Positions 1 to 10,704 of a stretch of DNA of 64,000 nt are shown here, piece after piece. The notes below the pieces were generated by a model. That model had not been told where the DNA came from. It saw nothing but the letters and a program-made list of their open reading frames with translations, and searched no databases. Source of the DNA: an uncultured Chloroflexia bacterium (GTDB lineage Bacteria; Chloroflexota; Limnocylindria; QHBO01); contig CAWGTN010000002.1 in NCBI GenBank assembly GCA_963825525.1, positions 1,152,001-1,216,000 on the forward strand, written 5' to 3'. Position 1 is the first letter of the stretch. Every line of letters starts with the position of its first letter. A program made the translations under genes and the position numbers.

Positions 1-1
1 A

Positions 2-634
2 ACCGAGCAGTTCGTCCTGCCCCTGAGCCACGACGAGGTGGTGCACGGCAAGGGCTCGCTGCTGCGCAAGATGCCCGGCGACGAGTGGCAGCGCTTCGCG
101 AACCTGCGCGCCCTGCTCGTCGACATGTGGGGCCAGCCGGGCAAGAAGCTCCTCTTCATGGGTGCCGAGATGGCTCCATGGACCGAGTGGGCACACGACG
201 GCGCGCTTCCGTGGGAGCTCCTGGATCAGCCGATGCACGGCGGGATGGCCCATTTCATGGAGGACCTCGGCCGCGTCTACGCCGATACGCCCGCCCTCTG
301 GGCGGCCGATCACGATCCGGACGGCTTCGCCTGGATCGATGCGTCGGACGTCGAGGCATCGGTCTACGCCTGGATCCGCCGCGCCGATGAGAACCTGGCA
401 GTCATCGTCCTCAACCTGACACCGATCCCCCGCCACGACTACCGGCTGGGCCTGCCGCGCGCCGGCCGCTGGATGGAGGCCATCAACTCGGACTCGGAGC
501 ACTACGGAGGGTCGAACCTCGGCAACCTGGGCGGCATCGTGGCCCACGAGGAGTCATGGCACGGTCAGCCGGCCTCCGGAACGCTCTCGCTTCCCCCGCT
601 GAGCGGCCTGATCCTGCGTCCCGCCTCCGACTGA
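2..634 (+). CDS. glgB: 1,4-alpha-glucan branching enzyme, C-terminal part (5' end outside window)
   Basis: Frame from nt 2 reads EQFVLPLSHDEVVHGKGSL; also PGKKLLFMG and NSDSEHYGGSNLGN, typical of the GlgB C-terminus. Confidence 0.95.
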   Translation, partial: TEQFVLPLSHDEVVHGKGSLLRKMPGDEWQRFANLRALLVDMWGQPGKKLLFMGAEMAPWTEWAHDGALPWELLDQPMHGGMAHFMEDLGRVYADTPALWAADHDPDGFAWIDASDVEASVYAWIRRADENLAVIVLNLTPIPRHDYRLGLPRAGRWMEAINSDSEHYGGSNLGNLGGIVAHEESWHGQPASGTLSLPPLSGLILRPASD

Positions 635-640
635 TCGCCG

Positions 641-2443
641 CTACGGACGGCGCAGCGCCTCGGTCGCGGCCTCGATGCCGGGATGATCTGGCAGGTCCTC
701 GATCGGCACCGGCAGGGCCAGCGACCAATTCGGTCGTTGCGCGCCGACCGTTCCCGGCAGGTTCGGGCGCTCCGGCACGTCGAGGGCGTCCTCCAGCGTC
801 GCGGCCACCAGGGCAGATGGAGACGCCGCCAGCCGCCGATGCAGCGCCACGCTGATCTCGTTGGCGGTGGCCGTCGGACCGATGCTGGCGGCCGCGGCGA
901 GGCGTGACCGCAGGTGGGCGGCGCCGTCCGGGTCGGGAACAATGGCGGCGGCGGCCTGGTCCCCCAGGTCGGCACCGCTCCACAGTCCAGCGACCGTCGG
1001 CAGGTCGTGCGTCGTCACGCCCGCGAACGACTGCCGAGGGTACGCCTCCGGTGGTTTCCGCTCGAACAGGACCAGCCGGGTGGAGAGAAGCCGATGACGC
1101 CGAAGACTGTCCCGAACTCCCGGCGGAACGGTGCCGAGGTCCTCGCCGATGACCACCGCCTCGGCGCGGTGGCTCTCGAGCGCCACGATCTCGAGCAGCT
1201 CTTCGGTCGGATAGCGGACGTAGGCGCCGTGGGCCGGACCCAGACCGGCCGGCACCCACCACAGGCGAAACAGTCCGAGCACGTGGTCGATGCGCAGCCC
1301 GCCCGCGTGGCGCAGCTGGGCGCGGATGGTGTCGATGAAGGGCCGATAGCCGGCTTGTCGCAGCCGATGCGGGATGAATGGCGGCAGCCCCCAATCCTGT
1401 CCGGCCTTGTTGAACCGATCAGGTGGCGCCCCGACCGTCATGTCCTGGGCCACCTGGTCCTGCCAGTCCCAGGCGTCGAACCCGCCGGGATCCACGCCGA
1501 CCGGCATATCGGCGATGCGCGGGAGATGGCTCGACGCGTCGGCAAGCTGGCGGTCGAATGCATATTGGATCCAGGCGTTGAAGGCGACGGCGTCGGCGGA
1601 GTCAGACGCAGCTCGGGCGACGGCGGACCCGTCGGGATCGCGAAATTCCTCCGGCCAGGCGTGCCAGCCGGGCCCGAAGCGCTCGCTCAGGACGCAGAAC
1701 ACCGCCCAGCGCTCGAGTGAGACCCCCCGCTCAGCGCGCCACGACTCGAAGGCCGGGCGATCGGGAATGCCGGCGCCCCAGATCCGCTCGAGCGCTTCCC
1801 GCTTGAGCTCGAGCACACGACCGCGGTCGACGAGCCGATCCTCGTCGAGCGCCATTCCCCGCGCCGCGAGATCGGCCACGTCAACGGTCCCCGCGAGCGG
1901 TCCGACATCGAGGTGCAGCGGGCTGCCGAAGCGTCGCGTGCTTGGGTAGTACGGACTCGGCTCCGGCCGCGGTCCCGGATTCGGCGCCCCGAGCGGGCTG
2001 ACCGCCACGAAGCCGGCCCCGGCAGCAGCCGACCAGCGCGATAGCGCGCCGAGGTCGCCCAGGTCACCGATGCCCCAGCTGCGACGCGATCGCGTCGTCG
2101 CCAGCTGGATCGCCCAGCCCCAGGCGCGCAGGCCGGTGGGCAGGTGACAACGACCCGGCCCGGTGATGAGGACCTGCGGCTGCCCACCGTCCGGCTCGAG
2201 CCGGTGATAGCCGAACGGTACGTCGCGCGGCAGGGCATCGATGCGGCCGAGCCCGGTCCCGTCCTCGAGGGTCACCGATCCGGGCGCCGGCAGCGCGGCG
2301 CCCGGGCGAGCGATGGCGACGCCCTGGCCATCGTCCCGGCCCTCCCGCATGGCGGCGACGACGGCCGCGCGGACCTCCGGTGCGATCGTGCGCTGCTGTC
2401 CCAGCGCGTCGGTGTAGGTGGGGTCGACCAGGTCGAGGCTCAT
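641..2443 (-). CDS. malQ: 4-alpha-glucanotransferase (GH77)
   Basis: Motifs WGIGDLGDL, SPYYPSTR, GAPPDRFNKAGQDWGLPP, LRIDHVLGLFRLWW, IGEDLG; start MSLDLV overlaps the treZ stop (ATGA). Confidence 0.93.
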   Translation of the reverse strand: MSLDLVDPTYTDALGQQRTIAPEVRAAVVAAMREGRDDGQGVAIARPGAALPAPGSVTLEDGTGLGRIDALPRDVPFGYHRLEPDGGQPQVLITGPGRCHLPTGLRAWGWAIQLATTRSRRSWGIGDLGDLGALSRWSAAAGAGFVAVSPLGAPNPGPRPEPSPYYPSTRRFGSPLHLDVGPLAGTVDVADLAARGMALDEDRLVDRGRVLELKREALERIWGAGIPDRPAFESWRAERGVSLERWAVFCVLSERFGPGWHAWPEEFRDPDGSAVARAASDSADAVAFNAWIQYAFDRQLADASSHLPRIADMPVGVDPGGFDAWDWQDQVAQDMTVGAPPDRFNKAGQDWGLPPFIPHRLRQAGYRPFIDTIRAQLRHAGGLRIDHVLGLFRLWWVPAGLGPAHGAYVRYPTEELLEIVALESHRAEAVVIGEDLGTVPPGVRDSLRRHRLLSTRLVLFERKPPEAYPRQSFAGVTTHDLPTVAGLWSGADLGDQAAAAIVPDPDGAAHLRSRLAAAASIGPTATANEISVALHRRLAASPSALVAATLEDALDVPERPNLPGTVGAQRPNWSLALPVPIEDLPDHPGIEAATEALRRP

Positions 2444-4167
2444 CGCGGCATCTCGGTGACGATCACGCCGTCGGGCGGAATCACGGCAGACCCGCCGACC
2501 GGCGCGAGCTCCTCGGGCCATCCCAGGCGCACCTCCCCGCCCACCTCGACCTCGACCGGAGACGGACCGAGGTTGGCGGCGACGGTGATGCCGCCGCGGA
2601 GTACGCGGATCCAGCCCGCGTCGGCGTCGTAGGCGACCTGCACCGCATCGCGATCGGCGTCGCGCAGTGAGGGCGACTGCCGGCGCAGCGCGAGCAGCTC
2701 GCGATACCAGCCGAGGATCGCGGCATGCGGCGCTCGATCGCGCTCGTCCCAGTCGAGCTTCGAAGCCTCGAAGGTGGCGGGGTCCTGCGGGTCGGGGACG
2801 CTCGCCACGTCCTCGACGAAGTCGCCGAACTCCTCGCGGCGCCCGCGGCGGACCGCGCGGGCCAGCTGCGGCGACGCATGCGACGTGAAGTAGCGGAATG
2901 GCGACGACGCGCCCCACTCCGCGCCGGCGAACAGGAGCGGCACGTACGGCATCACGAGCAGCAGCGCCGCGCCGATCCGAATGCGCCCGGGCGAGACGAG
3001 GTGGCCAAGCCGATCCCCGAGCGCTCGGTTGCCGACCTGGTCGTGGTTCTGGAGCGCGGCGACGAAGTGGTCGCCCGGAAGGTCCTCGGCCGGCCGGCCG
3101 TGGAGCCGGTCGCGCACCGCGGAGTAGTGGCCGGCGTACACGAAGGGATCGCTGATCGCGCGCGCCAGCGCATCGGCATCGGCGAAGTCGGCGTAGTAGC
3201 CGGTCTCCTCGTTGGTCAGCGCCACGTGGAGGGCGTGGTGGACGTCATCGGCCCAGACGGCATCCAGGCCGTAGCCGCCCTCGCTCACCGGCTTGACCAG
3301 GCGCGGGTCGTTGAGGTCTGACTCCGCGATCAATACAAGGCGACGGCCGACCTCAGCTCCCAGGGCGTGGGTCGAGGTGGCGAGCTCCTCGAGGATGTGG
3401 ACCGCCGACTGATCGAAGATGGCATGCACGGCATCCAGTCGCAGGCCGTCGATGTGGTAGTCGCGCATCCACATCGACGCGTTGTCGATGACGAACTGAC
3501 GGACCTCGTGGCTGCCCGCGTCGTCGAAGTTCACGGCGTCGCCCCATGGCGTCCCGTAGCGGGAGGTGAAGTACGGGCCGAACAGCGGAAGGTAGTTGCC
3601 CTCCGGGCCGAGATGGTTGTAGACGACGTCCATGAGCACCGCCAGACCGCGGGCGTGGGCCGCGTCGACCAGTCGCTTCAGGCCTTCCGGACCACCGTAT
3701 GCGTGATGCGGGGCGTAGAGATCGACCCCGTCGTAGCCCCAGCCGCGATCGCCGCTGAATTCGGCGACCGGCATGAGCTCGAGGTGGGTGATGCCCAGCT
3801 CCGCGAGATCGTCGAGCCGATCGATCGCCGATTCGAACGTCCCGTCCGGCGTGAAGGTGCCGACGTGCAGCTCGTAGAGCACCGCCTCGGCCAGCGGCTT
3901 GGCGTCGAACGCGGAATCGGTCCAGTCGAAGGCGGCGTGATCGACGGGTCGCGACAGGCCCAGCGCGCCGCTCGGCTGCCATCCCGAGCGCGGGTCCGGG
4001 TACGGGCCCTCGCCGTCCAGGACGTAGCCGTACTCGGTGCCGATCTCGATCTCACGCTCCGCGATCCACCACCCCGTCTCCTGGCGCTGCATCGGGATCC
4101 GATCGTCGCCGACCGCGACCTCGACGCGCTCCGGGATCGGGGCCCACACCTCGAGTCGAACGCTCAT
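2440..4167 (-). CDS. treZ: Malto-oligosyltrehalose trehalohydrolase
   Basis: YELHVGTFT, WGYDGV, DVVYNHLGPEGNYL, GLRLDAVH, QNHDQVGNRALG; ATGA overlap with the treY stop. Confidence 0.95.
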   Translation of the reverse strand: MSVRLEVWAPIPERVEVAVGDDRIPMQRQETGWWIAEREIEIGTEYGYVLDGEGPYPDPRSGWQPSGALGLSRPVDHAAFDWTDSAFDAKPLAEAVLYELHVGTFTPDGTFESAIDRLDDLAELGITHLELMPVAEFSGDRGWGYDGVDLYAPHHAYGGPEGLKRLVDAAHARGLAVLMDVVYNHLGPEGNYLPLFGPYFTSRYGTPWGDAVNFDDAGSHEVRQFVIDNASMWMRDYHIDGLRLDAVHAIFDQSAVHILEELATSTHALGAEVGRRLVLIAESDLNDPRLVKPVSEGGYGLDAVWADDVHHALHVALTNEETGYYADFADADALARAISDPFVYAGHYSAVRDRLHGRPAEDLPGDHFVAALQNHDQVGNRALGDRLGHLVSPGRIRIGAALLLVMPYVPLLFAGAEWGASSPFRYFTSHASPQLARAVRRGRREEFGDFVEDVASVPDPQDPATFEASKLDWDERDRAPHAAILGWYRELLALRRQSPSLRDADRDAVQVAYDADAGWIRVLRGGITVAANLGPSPVEVEVGGEVRLGWPEELAPVGGSAVIPPDGVIVTEMPR

Positions 4168-6626
4168 CGAGCCCTCTCGAGGACGGCGACCGGAAATGCC
4201 TCGAACAGGTCGCCGAGGGTCGTCGGGCCGCGCAGCGTCGCCCCGTCGAGCGCCGTCCACTCCCCGGCCGGCAGCCTCAGCTCGACGTCGGGCGACGTTG
4301 TGACGGGAACCAGCGGGACGGCAACCACGACGGCACCGCCACGGACGTAGGCAATGGTGCCGTCGGCTCGGATCGGCTCGTAGGATGCGCCCGGGGCAAA
4401 CGCATCCGGACGCCGCGCCCGCAGCTCGAGGAGACGCCGATGCAGCCACAGCTTCGGCATGCCCCCGTCGCGACGCTCCCAGGCGGCGGACGGACCGAGG
4501 TCACCTGCCTCGTCCAGCAGCCGTCGCCGGACGTCGTAGTCGACCGGGCGGCGGTTGTCGGGGTCGACCAGCGCGAGATCCCAGAGCTCGCCGCCCTGGT
4601 AGATGTCGGGAACGCCCGGAGCGGTGAGGTGCAGGGTCACCTGGGCCAGGGCCGCGCGCCATCCTGCCTCGGCAAGGTCCGCCACGAAGGCCTCGAGCAC
4701 CCCCACGACCGACGCATCGGCCAGGCTCTCGCGGACGAATCGGACGACCGCGGCATCGTAGGCGGCATCGGGGGCCGTCCAGCTGGTCCGCAGCTTGGCC
4801 TCATGCGTGGCCTTGGCCATGTAGGCGGCCGCACGATCGGCATCGATCGGCCAGGCGCCGACCAGCACCTGGAGCAGCAGGTACGCATCGGCGTCGGTGG
4901 GTCGCTCCGAATCGGTTCGGTACGCGGCGCTGAGCTCGATCCAACGCTCGACGAGCACGCGCCACCCGGCGGGATCCGCGGTGACGATGGCAAGCCGCGC
5001 CCGGACGTCCGCGCTGCGCTTGGTGTCGTGGGTCGAGAGGACGAGACCGGCGGCCGGCCAGGTGCGCGCGGCCTCCTGCATCGCCCCGTGGAAGTCACCG
5101 GCGCTGACGCCGAATCGGCCGGGATCACCACCGACCTCGTTGAGCGCCACGAGCCGATGGTGCCGATAGAACGAGGTGTCCTCCACTCCCTTGGCCATCG
5201 CCGGCGGGGTCAGCTGCTGGAAGCGCATCGCCAGCTCGTGTGCCAGCGGTCCGTCGAGCTCGAGCCTCAGGACGCGACCGAGCAGCTCGAACAGCTCGGG
5301 GTCGAGGTCGGGACGGCCGGCCGCAGCGCGCTCGACCATTTTGCTGATCAGGGCCGCGTCTCCCGGCGCGACAAAGCCATCGGCGGCGCGGACGTAGGTC
5401 CGGTACACCGGCAAGGCCGCAGCGGTGGCGCGGAGCGCATGGTGCAGCTCGTGGCGCGTGAAGTCGCGGTAGCGGCGGTGCGCCTCGCAGACCGCCAGGA
5501 ACAGGTCCGTCAGGCGATTCACGTCGCTTCCGAGGACGGTCGAGAGCACCTCGGCACGGGCGCCGGCAACCACGGTCTCCCACTCCGGACCGGCATCGGC
5601 GAGGCTGGTCCAGAGCTCGGTCATCGTGGCCTCGGCGGCGGGCGCGACCTGGAGGCCGGTCGCCAGGTTGGCGAAGCCGTAGCCGGTGGTGCCGTCGACC
5701 GGCCAGTCGGGCGGGAGCGCCTCGTCGAGCTCGAGGATCTTCTCGGCCACGATCCATGCGTCCGGCGCCGCGGCACGCAGCCGCGTGAAATAGCCCGCCG
5801 GGTCACGCAGCCCATCGGGATGATCGATGCGCAGGCCGTCGACGCGTCCCTCGGCCACCCAGCGCAGCGGCAGCGCGTGGGTCTCGGCGAACACCCGCTC
5901 GTCCTCCACGCGCAGGCCGACCAGGTCGTCGATGTCGAAGAAGCGCCGATATCCAAGGTCCCGTGAGGCGGCCCGCCAATGCGCCAGGCGGTAGTGCTGG
6001 CGGTTCAGGAGGGCATCGAGCGCGTCGACATCGGCATTGAGCGCCTCGACCGATGCCACGAGCGATGCACCGCCCACGGCATCCACCGAGGCTGGATCGA
6101 GCGGGAACGACCGTTCCGCTGCCAGCACGATCGGCCGGTCGTCCCGGACGGCCAGCCGGATGCCGCCGGCCTCGAGGACCCGCCCGTAGTGGTCGGCGAG
6201 GACCGGGAGGAGGATCACGTCGCGCAGGCGGCTCTCGGGCGGGTCCCACTCGATGTCGAAGAACGGGGCGAACTCGCTGGCGCGGCCGTGGGTGAGCACG
6301 TCCCACCACCATCGATTGCCCTCCCCGATGGCCATATGGTTCGGCACGATGTCGAGCACGGTTCCCATGCCGTGGTCACGCACGGCGTCGGTGAGACGCA
6401 GCCAGGCCTCCTCTCCGCCGAGCTCGGCGCTGACCCGTCCGTGGTCCACCACGTCGTAGCCATGCGTCGAGCCCGCCGCGGCCTGGAGAACCGGGGAGCA
6501 GAACAGGTGGCTGATCCCGAGGTCGCGCAGGTACGGCACGATCGCGCGCGCGTCGTCAAAGGTGAAGCCTGCATGGAGCTGGACGCGATAGGTCGCGCGC
6601 GGAACGGAGCGTCTCGCGGCGCTCAT
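4164..6626 (-). CDS. treY: Malto-oligosyltrehalose synthase
   Basis: PRATYRVQL, GSTHGYDV, DIVPNHM, GLRIDHPDGL, MAKGVEDT, LVDPDNRRPVD. Confidence 0.95.
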   Translation of the reverse strand: MSAARRSVPRATYRVQLHAGFTFDDARAIVPYLRDLGISHLFCSPVLQAAAGSTHGYDVVDHGRVSAELGGEEAWLRLTDAVRDHGMGTVLDIVPNHMAIGEGNRWWWDVLTHGRASEFAPFFDIEWDPPESRLRDVILLPVLADHYGRVLEAGGIRLAVRDDRPIVLAAERSFPLDPASVDAVGGASLVASVEALNADVDALDALLNRQHYRLAHWRAASRDLGYRRFFDIDDLVGLRVEDERVFAETHALPLRWVAEGRVDGLRIDHPDGLRDPAGYFTRLRAAAPDAWIVAEKILELDEALPPDWPVDGTTGYGFANLATGLQVAPAAEATMTELWTSLADAGPEWETVVAGARAEVLSTVLGSDVNRLTDLFLAVCEAHRRYRDFTRHELHHALRATAAALPVYRTYVRAADGFVAPGDAALISKMVERAAAGRPDLDPELFELLGRVLRLELDGPLAHELAMRFQQLTPPAMAKGVEDTSFYRHHRLVALNEVGGDPGRFGVSAGDFHGAMQEAARTWPAAGLVLSTHDTKRSADVRARLAIVTADPAGWRVLVERWIELSAAYRTDSERPTDADAYLLLQVLVGAWPIDADRAAAYMAKATHEAKLRTSWTAPDAAYDAAVVRFVRESLADASVVGVLEAFVADLAEAGWRAALAQVTLHLTAPGVPDIYQGGELWDLALVDPDNRRPVDYDVRRRLLDEAGDLGPSAAWERRDGGMPKLWLHRRLLELRARRPDAFAPGASYEPIRADGTIAYVRGGAVVVAVPLVPVTTSPDVELRLPAGEWTALDGATLRGPTTLGDLFEAFPVAVLERAR

Positions 6627-6660
6627 CGGCCCGCACCCCACCGCGGAGTGCACGGACCGA

Positions 6661-8799
6661 TCATCCCGCGCTCGTGCGCCGGACGCGGGGGAGGCGCCGC
6701 AGGCAGACGACCGAGCGCTCCGCCACGCGGTACACGGCACCCTCCTCGAACTCGCCGTGGGCGCCGCCGAAGGTCGGGTGCACGGTGTCGAACACCACTT
6801 CCCATCGCTTGGCCGTCTCATGGTTCGGGAGTTCGAAGGCGACCGGCTTGTCGTCGGCGTTGAGGATGATGAGCAGGGTGTCGTCGGTGACCCGCTCGCC
6901 GCGCGGACCACGCTCCTCGATGGCGTCGCCGGCGAACTGAACGCCAAGCGTCTTCACGCCGGGCGCCTGCCACTCGTCGTCGTTCATCTCGACACCGTTC
7001 GGCGCGTACCACGTCAGGTCCTTCACTCGTGAACCACGAATCTGGCGGCCCTGGAAGAATCGGCGGCGGCGCAGCACCGGGTGGAGGCTGAAGAGGCGAA
7101 TCAGTGACCGCGTGAAGGCGAGGAGCTGCCGATCCCGACGCTTGAGGTCCCAGTCGAACCAGCTGATCTCGTTGTCCTGGGCGTACCCGTTGTTGCTGCC
7201 GCGCTGGGTCCGCCCGATCTCGTCGCCGCCGAGCAGCATCGGCACGCCCTGGCTCAGCAGCAGCGTGGCGAGATAGTTGCGCTTCTGACGCTCCCGGATC
7301 TCGATGATCCCCTCGTCATCGGTCTCGCCCTCGACGCCGAAGTTCATCGATTCGTTGTTGTTGTCGCCGTCGTTGTTGTCCTCGCCGTTCGCCTCGTTGT
7401 GCTTGGACTCGTAACTGACGAGATCGTTGAGGGTGAAGCCGTCATGCGCGGTGACGAAGTTGATGCTGGCATGTGGCTGGCGGCCGGAGCTGGCGTACAG
7501 GTCCGACGATCCGCTGAGTCGATACGCGAGCTCCGCTGTCTGGCCGCCGATGCCCTTCCAGAAGCGGCGCACGCTGTCGCGGTACTTGCCGTTCCATTCG
7601 GCCCATCCCACGGGGAAGTTCCCTACCTGGTAGCCGCCCGGGCCGACATCCCACGGCTCGGCGATGAGCTTGACCTGGCTGATGACCGGGTCCTGGTGAA
7701 TGATGTCGAAAAAGCTGCCGAGCTTGTCGACGTCGTACATCTCGCGGGCGAGAGCCGATGCCAGGTCGAAGCGGAAACCATCGACGTGCATCTCGATGAC
7801 CCAGTAGCGCAGCGAGTCCATGATCAGCTGGAGCACCTTCGGGCTCGTGGCGTCGAGGGTGTTGCCGGTCCCGGTGTAGTCAACGTAGTAGCGCTGGTCC
7901 TCGGGGCTCAGCCGGTAGTAGGCAACGTTATCGACGCCCCGGAAGCTGATCGTGGGACCCTGGTGGTTGCCCTCACCGGTGTGGTTGTAGACCACGTCGA
8001 GGATGACCTCGATCCCGGCGTCGTGGAGCCGCTTGACCATCGACTTGAACTCGCTCACCGGTTCGCCGGTGGCGCTGTAGCGCACGTCCGGCGCGAAGAA
8101 GCCGATGGTGTTGTAGCCCCAGTAGTTATTCAGGCCACGCTCGACGAGGTGGCGGTCGTTCACGTACTGGTGGACCGGTAGCAGCTCGACGGCAGTGACT
8201 CCGAGGCCAGTGAAATAATCTATGGCCGGCCCCGAGGCAAGGCCGGCGTACGTGCCCTGCAGCTCCTCGGGCACGTCCGGATGGAGCTTCGTGAAGCCCT
8301 TGACGTGGACCTCGTAGATCAAGGTACGGTCGAAGGGCGTGCGCGGCGGGAGGTCGCCGCCCCACACGAACGCGGGGTTGACCACGACGCTCTTCGGCAC
8401 GAAGGCGGCGCTGTCGCGGTCATCAGGCTCGAGGTCCTCCGCCTCGGACCCGATCTGGTAACCGAAGAGAGAGTCGTCCCAGCTGATCGTGCCGTCGATG
8501 CGCTTGGCGTACGGATCGATCAACAGCTTTGCGGGGTTGAAACGGTGACCGTCCTGCGGGGCGTACGGACCGTGGACGCGGTACCCATAGCGTTGGCCGG
8601 GGCGCACGTCGGGCAGGTAACAGTGCCAGACGAGATTCGTCTGCTCGGTGAGACGGACGCGCTGCTCGGTGCCCTCGCCATCGAACAGGCACAGGTCCAC
8701 GGCCTCCGCGTTCTCGCTGAAGATTGCGAAATTGACGCCCGACCCATCCCACGTCGCCCCGAGCGGGTACGGGGTGCCGCGCCAGACCCTCAACGCCAT
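6661..8799 (-). CDS. glgX: Glycogen debranching enzyme (GlgX/TreX)
   Basis: [44 protein letters not shown]. Confidence 0.96.
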   Translation of the reverse strand: MALRVWRGTPYPLGATWDGSGVNFAIFSENAEAVDLCLFDGEGTEQRVRLTEQTNLVWHCYLPDVRPGQRYGYRVHGPYAPQDGHRFNPAKLLIDPYAKRIDGTISWDDSLFGYQIGSEAEDLEPDDRDSAAFVPKSVVVNPAFVWGGDLPPRTPFDRTLIYEVHVKGFTKLHPDVPEELQGTYAGLASGPAIDYFTGLGVTAVELLPVHQYVNDRHLVERGLNNYWGYNTIGFFAPDVRYSATGEPVSEFKSMVKRLHDAGIEVILDVVYNHTGEGNHQGPTISFRGVDNVAYYRLSPEDQRYYVDYTGTGNTLDATSPKVLQLIMDSLRYWVIEMHVDGFRFDLASALAREMYDVDKLGSFFDIIHQDPVISQVKLIAEPWDVGPGGYQVGNFPVGWAEWNGKYRDSVRRFWKGIGGQTAELAYRLSGSSDLYASSGRQPHASINFVTAHDGFTLNDLVSYESKHNEANGEDNNDGDNNNESMNFGVEGETDDEGIIEIRERQKRNYLATLLLSQGVPMLLGGDEIGRTQRGSNNGYAQDNEISWFDWDLKRRDRQLLAFTRSLIRLFSLHPVLRRRRFFQGRQIRGSRVKDLTWYAPNGVEMNDDEWQAPGVKTLGVQFAGDAIEERGPRGERVTDDTLLIILNADDKPVAFELPNHETAKRWEVVFDTVHPTFGGAHGEFEEGAVYRVAERSVVCLRRLPRVRRTSAG

Positions 8800-8881
8800 C
8801 GGGGCGAGGGGCGCGCAGCGGCGAAGGGGCGGACGAGGATCATGAAGTGGTCAGCATAGCGGTGATGGCTCGTCGCACGGA

Positions 8882-10156
8882 TCATGCCACCAGCCGCTCG
8901 ACCGCGGCCAGGGGCAGCCACAGCCAGTCAGGGCGATTGTTCGCCTCGTAGCGGACCTCGTAACAGGCCTTCTCGAGCTCGAATGCCTGGAGCAGGCCCG
9001 ACTGTTCCGGACCGATCGACCCGTAGGCGTCGAGAAACGCGGCGCGGGCCATCGCCAGCCACCGGTCACCATCGAATGCCGGATGCTCCCGCTGCGTGGT
9101 GCGCGCCGCGTAGTCCAGGCTGCGCAGCAGACCCGCAACGTCGCGCAGCGGCGAGGCGGCAGCCCGTCGCTCGGCCATCGGGCGTGCTGGCTCGCCCTCG
9201 AAATCGATGACGCTGAACCCGCCATCGGGCCGTGCCAGCAGCTGTCCGAGGTGGTAGTCACCATGGACGCGAGACACCGGTGCGTCGCCGGTGGCGGCCC
9301 CGAAGGTGTCGGCGAAGCGCGCGGTGATCGCCGGCGCCATGGCGACCAGCTGCGCGTGAGGAGCGCCACTGACCGCAGTCACGGCCTGTGCCAGCTGTTG
9401 TTCGGCCGATGCTCGCCATCTCGCCGTCTCCTCCACCGTCGCGGCACGGGCGGGGAAGGCCGGGTCGTCAGCGGCCGATGCGAGCGCCCGGTGCAATCGC
9501 GCCGTTGTGTCGCCCACCTCCCGGGCCATCTCGATGCCGCGGTTGGGCTCGCCGGCGAGGGCCCTGAGCATCGCGCCCCACGCGTCGCCGTGGGAGGGCA
9601 CGAATGCCTGGAGCATCGCGGCGGCGGCAGGTTCGCCGTCGTCGGGCTGATAGATCAGTCCGCCCGCGACCGGCGGCGTATCGGCGAATCCGGCCCGGGT
9701 CAGGAATGCGCTGACCTCGAGGTCCGGGTTGTCTCCGGCCTCGAGCAGCCGATACAGCTTGAGGATCAGCCGATCGCCCAGGACAACGGACGTATTCGAC
9801 TGCTCAACCGTGAGCCGGCGCTCGGCCAGCGCGGGAAGGGCCGTGACGGCCGAGGGCACGATCTCGTCGAGGGCCGGCGTGCGCCAGCCCGAGAAACGGC
9901 CGTGACGACCACGCGCCTCGGCGTCCCCGACCATGAGCCGCGCGATCGCGTGCCAGGCGCCATCGCCGTCAGACGGCTCGCGGCCACCGACAGTCGGCAC
10001 CAGGTACCGGTCCGACGAGCCGCCGTCGACGTAGGCGACATCCAGGACCCGCAACTCCGCGCCATCCAGGGATGCCATGTCCACCTCGCTCACCGCCGCG
10101 ATCGGACGCTGCTTGGCGCGGAACCAGCGCTGTCGGACGAGGTCTTCGGGGTTCAT
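8882..10156 (-). CDS. mak: Maltokinase (Mak/Pep2 family)
   Basis: QRWF, EQSNTS, RVHGDYHLGQ, IDFEGEP, DVAGLLRSLDYA, KACYEVRYE..NRP; lies in the treS cluster. Confidence 0.9.
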   Translation of the reverse strand: MNPEDLVRQRWFRAKQRPIAAVSEVDMASLDGAELRVLDVAYVDGGSSDRYLVPTVGGREPSDGDGAWHAIARLMVGDAEARGRHGRFSGWRTPALDEIVPSAVTALPALAERRLTVEQSNTSVVLGDRLILKLYRLLEAGDNPDLEVSAFLTRAGFADTPPVAGGLIYQPDDGEPAAAAMLQAFVPSHGDAWGAMLRALAGEPNRGIEMAREVGDTTARLHRALASAADDPAFPARAATVEETARWRASAEQQLAQAVTAVSGAPHAQLVAMAPAITARFADTFGAATGDAPVSRVHGDYHLGQLLARPDGGFSVIDFEGEPARPMAERRAAASPLRDVAGLLRSLDYAARTTQREHPAFDGDRWLAMARAAFLDAYGSIGPEQSGLLQAFELEKACYEVRYEANNRPDWLWLPLAAVERLVA

Positions 10157-10704
10157 CGGCGCTCGTCCGCCGGCCAGTCACCTCGAAAGCGGATGATCGG
10201 GCAGGGGATCTCCCCGAGCACCCAGTCGTGCGCGGCGTCCAGCCGCAACCCGCGCGCCAGGTAGAAGCGCGTCGCACGCTCGTTATGGCGGAAGGCCCAC
10301 ACCACGAATGGGGCAAAGTCGCGCTCGCGGAGATCTGCCACCGCATGCTCGTACAGCGAGCGCCCGAGCCCGGTGCCGATCGCGTCCGGATCGACGTAGA
10401 GGTTCGTCAGCTCACCGGCCCCATCGGGCGGTGGCAGCCAGGTTGATTCACCCGGGGCGGTGGTGGCGTAGCCGAGCAGGACACCGCCGCGTTGGCCGAC
10501 CCAGCGTCGCGCGGCGCCGGGCGGGCCTGCAGCCGTCAGCGTGTCACGCCATTGCTGCGGGACCGTCGCGATCCACTCGTCGAGCACGGGGTCCGGGACG
10601 ATGCCCCGATAGGTGACCTCCCACGTCCGCTGGCTGATGCGTCCCAGCGCCTCCGCGTCCGAAGGCTCTGCCGCGCGGATGACCGTGTCGGGGTCACCCG
10701 CCAT
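10153..10704 (-). CDS. GNAT family N-acetyltransferase
   Basis: IRAA..DA, LYVDPDAIGTGLGRSL (acetyl-CoA motif A), N.RA.RFY...G. Confidence 0.88.
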   Translation of the reverse strand: MAGDPDTVIRAAEPSDAEALGRISQRTWEVTYRGIVPDPVLDEWIATVPQQWRDTLTAAGPPGAARRWVGQRGGVLLGYATTAPGESTWLPPPDGAGELTNLYVDPDAIGTGLGRSLYEHAVADLRERDFAPFVVWAFRHNERATRFYLARGLRLDAAHDWVLGEIPCPIIRFRGDWPADERR

